Under the pieces are notes generated by a model that saw nothing but the letters and a program-made list of their open reading frames with translations, had not been told where the DNA came from and did no database searches. A stretch of 64,000 nt of DNA from Ramazzottius varieornatus (Eukaryota; Animalia; Tardigrada): positions 664,827 to 728,826 of the forward strand of contig BDGG01000006.1 of NCBI GenBank assembly GCA_001949185.1, read 5' to 3'. A program made the position numbers and the translations under genes. Positions 24,662 to 37,461 of this stretch are shown piece after piece; position 1 is the stretch's first letter; each line of letters opens with the position of its first letter.

Positions 24662-27600
24662 TCACGAATGCTCGGTGTCAGTCATGGGGATCTGCCATAC
24701 CGTGAGGTGGCTACGGTCTGTCCGACTGGGTGTCTGTTGAAGATGGCTTCTGCGCGAGTCGATCGAGGCACGATCGCTATCGTCACCGAGATATTCACTA
24801 TCATCTACAAAAACATCAAAAAAAACCATTTCCAGCGGTGAATATTTTTCCTGTGACTTTATGAAAATCCTAGAAAATTTTCAAAAATAACTCTCTTTTT
24901 TATGTATCTTTTTTGCTGAAGTAAAATAGCTTTGCGAATGATGCTTACCGAACCGGAAGTCAATGTAACCTTCACCACCGGACATGAGCAGCGTCATGCC
25001 ACCATCCGCCAGTGGCCCCACTGCCTCGGCAGAGTTCTTTCTGGAGCCAGAGGGCGCAGCTGCCGCGCCGTTCTGGAAGTGGCCCGGCGCACCAGGTACC
25101 GACACGAAGAACTTGACTTCTTCCTTGTGGCCATGGTAGGACACTTGGACCAGACTGGGGCTGCAGAAAGGGACTATGCAGGAGACGCCAGAGCGTCCGG
25201 AAGGAACTAACGAAGTGGCTGTCGCGTCTGGCCCTGGAGAACCATGAAAAAATACTATAAAAAAATACTATAAAAAATAAAAATATGGGAGCTTCGACAA
25301 ACGAACCCGACAAGACTGCCACTCCGCAAGTGGCGCACGCTCTCGAACAATTACACTGAGATTGTGCGCCAGTTGGGAACACGATCTTGTTGATCATGTA
25401 CGCCAAGCTTCCAAAGTTGTTAAAGAAAAAAATCGGAAAAAACGTGTAGAGAACTGCGAATACCGTTTGAGAATGGCGCTGAAAGGACCACGCCGGTGCT
25501 AGTGCCGATCCACAGGCGCATGCAGGAGATGGTCATGGCAGTAATGCGAACTATGGACAGACCAAGCCGGCTTTTGCCTGCAATATAATAGATCCGAATA
25601 TTCAAGCACCGTGGCACCGAAGAGAATATCTAGCCATAATAACTTTGCACATTACTCTACGGTAATTGTGATATGTACCGGTCATCATGGAGGAGAGAGG
25701 TTCAATATTGAGATCCTGCAGGTGCTGATGAGTTCCGGTATGGAAAAGCCGGAGAGTATTGTCAAGTCTGATCGAGACCCAGACGCCTTCGCCGATCCAT
25801 GCCATCTGGCGAATGGCGCTATCCTGCTTCGGAACTGCCTCAAAATTGTCCTGCAATATCGCGTAACGTATCAATAATTGCCTCAAAAACTCTCAGGAAA
25901 ATCCGGGTCGAAATTCTAATTTTAGACGTTCCAAGAAATCCCAAAAAATAACCAGAAAGAAACGGGAGCTCGGCAAAAAAGGTTCTTGCCCAAGTGGCGC
26001 AAACTCCTAGTGTTTTTGGCTGGAAATGTGCGCCACTTGTGAAAACGATCCTTTGATTGTTTCCCCCAAGTGGCTCCCGTTCTATGTGTTACTGGCTAAC
26101 AGGCGTGCGCCAGCTGGGGAAACGGTCTTTACCCAAATGAGACGAGCAAGGAAATGAGGAAGGCGCGGGAAAAGTACCTTGATTTCGAGGGTGACGGGAT
26201 CCACGATGTAGACTTTGTTCTTACAGCCACACCAGACGGCCTCGTTGCGGACCGCCACCATGGAGCGGATGGCGTGGTCGGGCTGACCGAGATTCAGCTG
26301 GTGGTAGTTGGCCGTGTCCCACGCCCCGTCGTTGGTCCGATGGAAGACTGCGATGGTACCGTCGGCCAGCGAAGCGAACACTCGTCCGCGAATATGTCTG
26401 AGAAAACAATCATAACGCAATTATTATTACGTTAAGCAGCCTTATTCGATGCTCATGCCAAAGCCAAATTGCTCATGCCGAAATCTGGAAAGTCAAAACT
26501 ATTCAAATGAATCAGATAATATCATATTAAATCCCAGGTGAAAACTTCAAATCTGTCCCAAATCACTCAGCTTTCTTCTAGGATATTTCCACAACGACAA
26601 AGCGAATAGCCGGTATCTAGTGGCTCCTTACAACCTTACATGATGCAAAGAACGGCGTCCGGAAGAGCTACTTTGTGCATTCGCTTCCTGTAAGACCTCG
26701 TCGCCGAAAAGACAAACAACCTGAAGGAAAACCAAAACACATCCCTGAGCACTTATTCGAAATCAGACTTCGATGAGAAGGATTGAATCTTACCCGCCAC
26801 GCTGGCTGCCGATCCAGACAGTCTTGCCTCGCTCGGCTTCCAACAGCAGCTGTTCTTCCTCGTCCCTCTCCGCAGCCGGTTCTTGTAGTTCATTCTGCAG
26901 GCTGCTGTCTCCACCAGCCGACGTGTCTGTACCGCTGTCCGGCCGGAACATGGGGGAAGACCCTGTGGCACAGGAAACGTACGTAATACTGCCCAAGTCG
27001 GGAACGGCGCTACCTGTCTTGATGGCCGCTTCTCTTTCCGCGGTCAAGATTAGCGAAGAGTGGCGAAGATGGTCGCGCTCTTTGGCTGACGGATAATCTG
27101 CTGTATTCACCGCTGTAAGAAGTCACACGATTTATTCCACAGGAAATAAATGGAGAAGGGAAGCTCGGCAAACACGAGATCACTTTTCCAAGTGGCGCAT
27201 GTTTCCAGCCTATATTAACGAGGCGGTGCGTCACTTGGGAAAGCACGACTTACCGGGTACGCAGGCGATGCAGAGGAGGTGCGACGAGCAGACATTGAAG
27301 GACTCCAAGACGTCGTTGGGCTTACTGGCATCGACTATGGAGATTTTGCCCGCGGAATGCGTCGAGCTGCAAATCCATATCGAAGACAAGGGCGGTGTCT
27401 TTTCGAAAGCTTGCAGCTGTCGTTGCATGGGAGACTGGACTTCGGCGGGAATCGAACCCGGAAGGGACCGCGCAGGTGAAGTGGGGGAAGCGCCTTGGAC
27501 CGCGATGGTCGGTGGCGTCAGATGCGTTACTCCCACCGCACACCATATCTATGATGAAAGCGAGCTAAAAGAAGACCTACCCTTGTGATTAAAAGCTTTC

Positions 27601-30600
27601 GAAACTTACTTTCATGTCGGGGTCTTTTTCAACCAGAGGTCGACAGTACACCGGCAAAGGTATGCCGACTTGGTTGGGCGCGTTTTCTTGAGAAGAAATG
27701 GACGATGGTACGCTCCAGCCGTACGCTTGGACTCTTCCGGCCTGTTCTTGACGCATGATGGTACTGGAAGACGGTAGACTTGGTCCACTATCAGTCCAGG
27801 TTGGTCTACAAAAGAAGCGCAATGTGTAAAATATCACAGGAAAACGCCCTTAGACTCGACTGGTAATCCGCGAGAATATTCAAGCCGCGCACTAAGACAC
27901 GCTATTCGCCCAATAAAATGCGCCACTTCATCCAGAAACTGCACCCCTATTGAACGGCACAATTTCACATGAAGAGCCGAGAAAAAATTGCGCTATTGTA
28001 TCTGGAAAACTGTTCCCATATTTAACTGGCGCTTCGCACCGGAGATTTGAGATGTGAAATTGCGCCACTTATGAAAAACCGTGTATTTTACTCGTGGTTA
28101 TTGCTTTTGATTTCTTACACTGAAATTTCTTGGCTCAAGTCGACAATCTGCGTGATATCCATGGGTTCAGTGTACATCGGTGGTGGGGGAGAGCGCGAAG
28201 GGACGCTTTGCGGAGGAGAAGCAGAGGCAGTCGATCCACTGTCAGTGCCATAACGAACACTGCTGTTATCCCTGCTTTGCGACGTCCCGAAGAGATTGCC
28301 GAAACTGCGAGAAGAAAACAGATCAATACTTATTACGCGCATTTACAAGATCTATTTGCATCTGATTGTCCCCGATTCATCCACCGATTGATGTCAGGAG
28401 AGATCAAGTCAGCCGAACAACTTTCCCATCACAGATGAGATTCCATGTTTTCGACAGCATACTTTTTCTAGATTTCTTTGCGAATTTTATTTCGTTTGTT
28501 CTTCAGACGGATATTTTCGAGGATTATTACTGAGAGAAATCATATTTCCCTAGTTAATTGTCTTACGTTTTCATTTTTCATGAGTATCGCTTTCATTCTA
28601 ACCAGACTTACAATTTCCACAGGCCGGATTTTCGTTGTCGTTCCGGTACTCTTCCCACCGAGATCTGAGCTTGCTTAGAGCGAATGGCTTCGTCTTGGAG
28701 TTCCATCAGTTGTTCCTTGTACTTGTTCTTTTCTTGGACGACGCGCGCCATTTCTAGCCGAGTGAAGCGCTTCTGTTGGCCGTATGGAACATTCTCGTCA
28801 CTTTCACTGGCTTCCACCAACTTCTTCTCGTAAAAGTCGCGCAGCTTCTTCGCGTTGTCCTCCAAGTAAGCGATGCGTTCTTTCAGCTTGTTCTTCATTT
28901 CTTGTATTGAATGAATCTCTTCTTTCAACATGTGCTTTTCCCTGCAAAAATAAAAGAGCCGTGAATAATTAAAGATAATCGGGACGCCGGCAAATATTTT
29001 TACCCAGCTCGTTATCCCAAGTGGCGCAGCTTTGCACTGTTATTGGCTGGGAGCGTGCGCCACTTGGAAAAGCTATCCGGGTAAATCTATCCAGCCGGCG
29101 TCTAAGTTCTGCTTAGCAGAAGGTGCTATCTTACCCGGTTAGCTCGTCCAGTTGAGCAATGAGATCATCTTTGACAATATTCAGCGCGTTTCTGTAAAGC
29201 GAAAAACAACAGCATGTTGATCACGAATAAAGAACGGCGAAGCCTCGGACAGAAATGGAAAATCAACTTACTTGGTGGCAAGAAGGTTGTTGTTTTCGCG
29301 GATGAGTTCCTCGACTTCTCGGCTGATACCTAAAAGGGATACGAAGTTCAAGCGCGAAATTTGAGCAATGCTGAACAGTTAACACATGCAGAAAGGGACA
29401 AGAGGATGTTAGTGAGGTCTTATTTACCACCAAAGCTGGGAAACTTCCCACCGGTGACTGTGAGGAAGACAAACGGGATGTTAGGTCAGCTGTAAGATGT
29501 GTTAAGACGAGGGACACCCAGGACTACCATCACCCATATGGACTAAGACAAACGGCAAACGTCAAGCCAGTCCATGGCTGTCGCACCTTCACCTCCGGCG
29601 CTGGAATTCAACCGGACTTTATCACCATCTCCACCTTCCGCCTCGGAATCCGACTCGTCCTTCCTTTCCATCGAAGATTCTGCAAAGGAAAATGCGAAAT
29701 AGACGCGTTGTTCAGTCTTCCTAGAAAGCAGTAGAAAGTCGTCACCTAAAACGTTATCTTCGTCAGCTTCCATACTCATTTCCGGGTAGGATATATCACT
29801 GGAAAAAACCCCATAAAATTAGTGGCTGAATTCCAGACAAGACACAAGCGAGCAAAAGTAGCCCTGGTTGTCAACATCTAATTTTTATCAGATGAAAAGG
29901 TTTAAGAAATAATGAGCGGAGGACCATAAAAATATATTAATAAATTGGGAGCTCGGCAAACAAATTCGACGAGATGGTCTTCGCAAGTGGTGCATGCTTC
30001 TAGTGTTACTGAGCGAGAAGGCGCGCCACTTGGAAAACCATCTTGGTCGACCTTGTTTGCCCACCATCCAGTTCGAAAGGAGAACCCTTTGCGAGAAACA
30101 CTTGACTACCTGGCGTTTCGAAGCATCTGACTCGCGTAAGGAACTGTCTGGGCATACTGTCGTACGTCGCTGGATTTTTCCACGCGTTGGCCGAAGCGTT
30201 CTTCGGCAGCGGAGAGGACCGCGCGACTCTGTCGCATCAGTCCCTCATATTCTTCCTCCTGTTGTGCGCTCGTGGGTTCAGAACCCTCCCTGTAAAAACA
30301 CACAAACTAGAGTCACGTGACGCCCAAGGAAGGCAAACAGGTCTCAAAGCCGCGGACGTCACCCGAGAAGATGATAGAGATTAGAGAGCTGTTTTACCGT
30401 CTGTTAGCTATCAAACTGCTGAGATCATCAGAATTTCCTCCGCTGTCAAGCAGCATGCGTGTTCGTTCGAGATGCTCCGCGTGCGCTTTGAAAAGCTGTT
30501 AAACATCGCAAACCCACTTTCAGTATGCCGAAAAAGGTCGAGACGACGAAATCGCGTGAATGAATACCTGTGAATATCGCTCGTAAAGCTTTTCATTATC

Positions 30601-31427
30601 CTTCTTCGCCTCGCGTTCTTTATCCTCGAACCGACTTACTAAAATAAGCACACATACCCAATAAGCATCTTTCCATTGCGCGAAACAGCTAACAACGAAG
30701 ATTAAGTCAAGAATATGCAAAAACAGTTTCTTACTTTGGTCTGCAGCATTCTTCGACTTCAGTTCTAATATCCGCACGATAGCTTCCAGGCTTTCGAGTT
30801 TCTCCTGCTGCTTTCGCTTCTCTTCTTCGACAGTGTCTTCAGCTTCCAGCGTTTTCTGAAACAGTACGAGATCAGGTTGAAGCCCGGAAGACTTCGGGTC
30901 CCGAAGTTCGGGAAGCGAACAGAGCAGAAAATCGTATTCGGACCGGAAGTAAATCAATCGTCGACAATCAACCGAACAAACACAGTCTGTTGAATCAACA
31001 GTCAACCGTGACGCCTTCATTTCTGCAATTAACTAGGGAAAAACAAGGATTCATTTTCGTTACTAATTTTTCTTACTCGGTCCAGTTGTTTCCGGAGCTG
31101 TTTTTCCCGTTCGAAATGGACGGCCAGTTGTTCGTTGTCCTCGCGCAGCAGTTCAATCTCCGCTTTATGCTCCTCATTCTCGTTGTAGGTTTGTTCCAGC
31201 ACCTCCAGGACATTGACGACTTGGGGCATCAGTTCCTCCACCACCTTCTCGCCATACTTGACAATCAGCTTCTCGAATTCCGCGTAGACATCCCGCGCGA
31301 GAGCCTGCACCTTTTCCGACATTTCAAAAGCTTCCTGCGAGTGTAACCCAGGCGAGGAAGCACCTGCAGGCTTGACTGAACGTCGATAAGCAGCTGTGGC
31401 AGGCGAGCTGCTGGTTCTACCACTCAT
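24662..31427 (-). CDS. MAPK8IP3: JNK-interacting protein 3/4 (UNC-16 / Sunday driver / SPAG9), multi-exon
   Basis: RH1: [42 protein letters not shown]2: [26 protein letters not shown]. Also [19 protein letters not shown]-like [29 protein letters not shown] and C-terminal RSHLTVWQI. Confidence 0.93.
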
Positions 31428-31945
31428 GGCTGTACAGGCCCTACAGGTACGTATGTTTACGTCATTCCTGCTCACACCTAACAATCATCTCACTCATGCA
31501 TAACCAGTTACACCACGTTCAAAAATGCACCCACATTTCATCCAGGATTTCAGACTCAAAGGGAAGATTCTCGTCAGTATTCAGTATCATTCAGCAACCT
31601 GACACTTGACAAGCTAAATGTTAAAAATGGGCAACAAAACCAGGCATGCAAATAAACAAAATAAAGACTGAAAAGAGCCCATAGTTGTAGATCCTACTCG
31701 GGCCGAAAATACGCTGGTCGGCATTAAAGGTGAAAGTGGACAGCCTACTGTCAAATCCTATATTGATCCGACATCGATCGCTGAAAGATTTTCGAGCACC
31801 AGATGGTTTGCCATGAACTGGTCAAGTCCGCGCCGAGTGTGCTCGCTGAAGGCTGTGCCATTAAGGAAGCGGAACACGAAAGTCCCTTGACAAACTGAAT
31901 CTTCCTCGGGAAAAAACAACAGATAAGATTCCCCAAGTTCTTTTT

Positions 31946-33181
31946 TCAGTGTTGAGGATTGGAAGACAGTCCCAGATTGGACAGCTTCATGACGACGCCT
32001 TCCAGCTCTTTCCCCACGTTCTCAATCAAGTCCTGGACATTCCTCTGGCTGCCATTCTCCGACACAGTTCCACTTCGTCGCGAGTCTCCTGCTCCACCTC
32101 GAGGTAGACTCATCTGCGCTTTTGAATTACTACGCTCCATGGGCGGTGACATAGGCCGAGTTCTTTGCTGTCCACTCATCTGTGGTTCTTCCATCCGTGG
32201 CGCACTGGGTTCCTTCCTCGCCGGAGGGCGACCTTCTTCCGGTCTTGTCGGCAGTCGATGTTCGCTTTGAGGTTTCAACCTACCTTCTCCTGCCAATTTT
32301 TGTCGGATAGCACGGAAACGATCGAGGCGTTCACCCGATGACAAAGCCTTCGATGGTGATTTTTGCGGACCCGGCAGATTGTGACTGGACAAATATGCCA
32401 AAATACGGTCTTCGCGCCGTTGCTCGTCGGCTTTCTTCCTCGCGTAGAACCTCGCCCATTTTTCAGAAGTATCAAGCAGCTGACCTTCTTCGTCTTCTTG
32501 CCCATTTCCTTCCACGTTATTTTCGATAGTTTCCTGAACATCCTCCCGTTCGATTTCCGCCGACTTTCGCACCATACTCGTGTCGGAATGTCGTAGTTTA
32601 CCTTCGGACCCTCTTTCCGTCAATCGCCTTTTCAACGACTTATAAACCTGCGTCCTGAAATCTTTCCAATTTTGCGGTCCACTGTCCGCTTCCGAATCAC
32701 TTTCTTCCTGGTCAGACTGAGGCTGAGGTTGACGTTCCTGGGAAATTTCTTCCCGATGATGAAGATGCGGCTTCCGTCGGTCCGTTCGATGTTTCTCATG
32801 TAACGAACGATCAGACTCACGTCGGAGCGGCAATTTTCGGTCTTCAGATTCACGAGGTTGTGGATTGTCATGACGATCGTCCGGTTGTTCGTCTCGGTAT
32901 GGCAGTGTGGGATGTGACCGAGTTTGTCGTGAACGGCTGGGAGGCTCGGCGACCTGCGCAATCTGGAAGAGCTGGCGTTTCAGACGTTGGTGCTTGCGCT
33001 CCAGCCGGGCATTTTCATCCTGTAAGTGGGCAATGATATCGTTGGCGTACTGAAGGGAAGAGGCGATTTCGTAGTTTATGTTCTCCAGCTCGTCGGTCAG
33101 TTGCACAGAGGGACGCTGCGTCAGTGACGCCCCGTAGCGCTCACGAGCTGTGGCTGGATATTGCCGGGATTCTCTAGGCAT
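31946..33181 (-). CDS. Intronless, highly charged coiled-coil/disordered protein (~411 aa)
   Basis: Long ORF with first ATG at 33181. Coiled coil (ELENINYEI...LKRQL) followed by R/E/S/P/Q-rich hydrophilic sequence. TATA-like TATATA ~55-65 bp upstream. Confidence 0.75.
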   Translation of the reverse strand: MPRESRQYPATARERYGASLTQRPSVQLTDELENINYEIASSLQYANDIIAHLQDENARLERKHQRLKRQLFQIAQVAEPPSRSRQTRSHPTLPYRDEQPDDRHDNPQPRESEDRKLPLRRESDRSLHEKHRTDRRKPHLHHREEISQERQPQPQSDQEESDSEADSGPQNWKDFRTQVYKSLKRRLTERGSEGKLRHSDTSMVRKSAEIEREDVQETIENNVEGNGQEDEEGQLLDTSEKWARFYARKKADEQRREDRILAYLSSHNLPGPQKSPSKALSSGERLDRFRAIRQKLAGEGRLKPQSEHRLPTRPEEGRPPARKEPSAPRMEEPQMSGQQRTRPMSPPMERSNSKAQMSLPRGGAGDSRRSGTVSENGSQRNVQDLIENVGKELEGVVMKLSNLGLSSNPQH

Positions 33182-34832
33182 GTTCACGGCACTTCGAAAA
33201 CACAATGCCGGTCGACCTTTGCGCGCAACCCAGTTCTCTATATATGTATATTCAGACTTCGTTCACGATGAGAGTTGAGATCTGTCAACAAAGGCCACAG
33301 AGTGGACACAATTAGAACAAAGGAGGAACCCGCGTAATTGTCAATTGATGCTGGAGGTTGTCAAGGAGTTTCTCGCACATCCTAGTGGTCTTGGTTCATA
33401 AAGGGGAGGCGAAGTATCAAGAAAATAATTTGAACATGCCAATTGGCGTTCGAAGTATCATTAGCATGCATGGCAAGCTGAGGGTCGACTAACTCAGAGA
33501 TAATTTTTGGACACAAAAACTAAGCTATTTGGTTTTTGTTTCTTATCCCATATTGCGTTCGATCTCATTGTTGCCCTGTAAATCTCACGTTGCCTTTGGT
33601 CATCCGATTTGATGACGTCAAGGTTCCCATGTTGATTTCCTAGGTACTCCCAGGGTAACCATATCGCACATTGAAACCTTGTTGATCCCATGCCGAATTA
33701 ACCATGCCCATCTCATTACGTCACGAGTCCCACATGAAAACCCTTTTGAGAGCCGCATCCAAATCTCCCACATAGAGTACAATGGCGGACCCAGTCTACA
33801 CTGCTGCCACCTGTTGTTCGTGAAGTCATGATTCCACATTGATAAACATGGTCTGGTTTGGCTGTAGAGTCCTACATTTGGGCCACAGTCTTGAACAATT
33901 TGGACCTCTAGCTTGTTTTAGCATTCTTAGTTTGTTTTGAATTGTTGTTAAAGTACCTGTAAATATTCGCTGCGTCCGCCCAGTACGTCATCGTACAAGT
34001 GATGTACAGCCCCGGTCCGGTTTCACGGATCGCGCAACCCCCTACGGGGGTGCATCGTCACGTACGTGTACGCACTGCGTGGATGCAGCGAATATTTACA
34101 GTACCTAACTTGTCTTGTTGTCTAACTTATGTTTGTCGGTTAGACTATTCTCGAGTAAGGTTCTCAGGTGTGCTTCGGGTGAATTTCACTCTTTTCGGAA
34201 TTTTTCTATCGGTAACCTTCTCGGGGTATTTATATCATCAGTTATTCAGTGACAATCCTCACTTCTTTACTACGTCGCCGACAGGGCAGAATAACGGGGA
34301 GTGTGCGGTCAACTTTGAACTCCCCTTTGGAGATTCGAGCAAACGTAGAACAGAACCAAGATGCCGCTTTACAGCCCAGGCAAGTTGTCACGATGATGGT
34401 GTCAGGATGACTTGCACATTTGCGACTTGCAGAACGCAGACTACGCTGTATTCGATTCGACCTTATCTCACAGCCACCATGAAGTAATTCGGAAAAGTAC
34501 TTTAGGGATGTTCCCCGGAGACCTCAGCCGCTCTCCGTTGTGTAGTATTGAATCCAAGTAAATACTGACGTTGTGCTGTTTCCATCGTCGATGAGTGTTA
34601 CGGGCAAACTGATTTGCAATTTCATAAGATTAGTATACCGCATCCGGTACACCTCAAAGTGAAAAACAATCTTGCATTTGTTTGTAGCTCGAGCAGGCTC
34701 TTCAGTAGTTCCCGGAATGGGTAGGAAACCGTAGATGATTGATTTATAGCAACAAGTTACCACACTAGCAGGCGAAAAGACACAATCAAAGAACCGACTT
34801 TACATTACGGAGAAAGCTTGAGGAGTTTACTG

Positions 34833-34993
34833 CAAGGGCGCATTGAGGTCCCTAGAAGGTCCGCAGTTCGGCCTTTTCGCTACGAAGTTTTCATGGAATA
34901 CCAGTCCGGGTTGTGCCAGGCACGGGCCTGACAGGCGACGTCGTAGAAGAAGGGCCAAATTGCGGACGTTTTAGGGACCTCAATACGCCCTTG
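34833..34993. mobile_element. Palindromic hAT-type MITE in the 3' UTR of receptor 2
   Basis: CAAGGGCGCATTGAGGTCCCTA / TAGGGACCTCAATACGCCCTTG with a perfect 8-bp TSD GTTTACTG on both sides. Confidence 0.92.
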
Positions 34994-35009
34994 GTTTACT
35001 GTAAGGCAC

Positions 35010-37461
35010 TTAATTGATCTTCCATCCGGACAAAATTTTGTTCAGAGTTGACGCGCCGGTATTCTGTACCTTTTTCACTTCATCTTCCGCAAGGAGCCAC
35101 CAGGTTAGTCCGTCAAGTTTTCTCCTGAAAAATCATTCATCTATAAATACGAAAAAAACTTCTAGAATTTTCTTAGACTTACGTTCGAAGATAAACGAGG
35201 GAGCCTACGGTCAAGAGCAAGATCAACGCAATCAATGCACCAGCGGCTGCCTCCGTGCGACCACCACCTCCTACCGGAAAATAACAGCACATCATTTTAA
35301 GTTGAGGTGGAGAGAAATCGGTTTACCGGTTTCCCAGCACACTGGGTCCTGTCCGTCGAAGCCGCACTTGGGGCGGTTAGGTGGAGGCCAGATTGGACCT
35401 GGCCAGTGCAGCGGATGCACTTCTCGAATTTCTAATGGCATCACCTGGATCTTCAGAATCAACTGCAAATTGTTGGTCAACGCTCATCAGTAAGTTCATG
35501 ATCGGTTTAGCTCACAAAGCACAAGCAAGTCTTCAGTGGCAGACTGGAGACATCGCAGGTGTTTTGGCGTACCTGGAGAGCATCGTCGGGATAATATTGT
35601 TGTAGAATGGTGTTGGACCCGGCGAGAGTGCCGTATTCATCCAGGCTGAAGTTGCCGGTACGTAAGGTAAACGTTCGACTGTAGAACGCCCGAGCAATAT
35701 TCCTCCCGTCTTCCAGTAAGTGGGGCCGATTACTGTCCAGAAACTCTTGGACGACCTACAGTACCACACCACGGACAGGCAGTAAATAACAGGACGGAAG
35801 ACGCCTTTGCTTTTCACGCGAACCTACCTGCGCGGTCGACAAGAACATGGCATATGCCGCAGTCAAATGAAAGTTCTACAAAATAGTGTCACCAAAAGTT
35901 TTCTTGGCACATTCAGTGAGATACGTGCGCCTCTGGCTGCAACTCACTACAGTATCCGGAGTGTAAGAGATGTTGTATCGTACGCTGCTGGCATTACGCC
36001 ATCGTTCTTTTAAGAAGTACAGATCCGACCCGTAGGGTGGATAATCGTCCACGGTGTCTTTTTCCAGAAATAAAACTGTTCTGTATGCGGCTTTCATCGT
36101 CTGGGAAAAAAGCAAAGTTACAGAAACCCACACCAACGACGATAGCGTCTGCGAGGATTCTTACCACGTCTTCGTTTTCCCCGTACCGCCAGTTGTAGTT
36201 ACCAAATATTGGATGACGGAGTATGATGGAAGAGATGTGGACCTGTGCAGCGAACAAGTGACCATCTAGTTACCGTGTTTTTAAGTAGACTGCCTGGGCC
36301 TGGTACTTACAAAATCTCCTTGCGTCATGTTGGCAGACTGTGCCGCCATCTGTACAATGGGACAAATCAAGCCTCAAGGCCGGTCAGCAGTTTTCTGGAG
36401 CCGTTTCTTACCATAAGCTTCCTCAGCGTTCCGCCGAACACCATGTATATAATCACTGTAAAAGAAATCAGTGAATTGGGTAAAAGGTCAGCGGAAACAC
36501 TGATGCTCGACGTGTTGTGCTACTGCACGGTCTTCTACCACGGGTTTGACGGCGAATTTCCTCCATCACGAAGGTGTAGTTTGTCGTGGTGAAAAACCCA
36601 TCGACTTGAAGTAGGGATACGTTGTATTGAAGTGCCGTGCTCAAGCCGTTCTGGTTGCCAGTGCACCACAGAAGCATGGCAGGATTCCGATTGACGTCAC
36701 AGACCATCAAGACCGTGGTCCAGTTGAAATGCAGCAGGACGTCCCTGAACGTCCGCACAGTCCATATTACGTCCGATTTTCCTCCTGGCCCAGCTTCTAT
36801 ACGCGTTGGCCATTTTTCCTTGTTGTCGATATCACTCACAAAATTCGTGCTGGAAAGCCATGTGTGGCTTTACTTTACTTTCGGCCAACTTTTAGCCGTC
36901 AAAATATTTACCCAATGGTGAGCTTCCGCAGGTTAGTAGCCAAGTAGGCGGTCGCATGACCATCGCAGTCTGGAATATGCAAGTTCAGTGGTCCTGAATT
37001 TTTCCGCACGAAGCTTTCTAAGTGGTTCATACCGAGGCGTCTCAGCACTCACCTGCTTCGTTGGTGAGAAATACAGTAAGATTAGCAGCTCGCCATTTTG
37101 ATAGATTCGAGTAATAGAACTTGGCCAGTACGTCGTCACCGACAGGCATCAAATCGGTGCATTCATTGTATTCCGGACCGGTGATGATATTCTGGGAGAA
37201 GCTCAACCGAGGATAAAATCTGCCGATGTCTTCCAGTGCACTTTCGTAAGCTGGCTCAACCAGGAAGTAACTGCCCATTTCTCCGGCATAATATAAGATG
37301 AGAGTGATCACTTCCACATGGAACAACGGCTGACCGTAGGTGTTACTACTCAAGCTCAAATTATACATGTTTTTTTCCTGTAGGTATTTCCATAAAATTA
37401 CGAGTAATACGAGCCTTCTGCATACTGTCAGCCTTGCTCGTTGGATTCCACATCTCGACAT
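35010..37461 (-). CDS. ANF-receptor-type single-pass receptor without kinase or cyclase (receptor 2)
   Basis: PAYESALEDI; NKEKWPT; HFNWTTVLMVCD; HWPGPIWPPPNRPKCGF; TM AAAGALIALILLLTVGSLVYL; last exon RKLDGLTWWLLAEDEV...GWKIN*. Confidence 0.8.

Noticed and set aside
25960-30040. Repeated CAAGTGGCGCA units as a CRISPR-like array
   Set aside because: The units are dispersed, inverted and intronic, with no regular repeat-spacer array and no cas genes in a eukaryotic locus.
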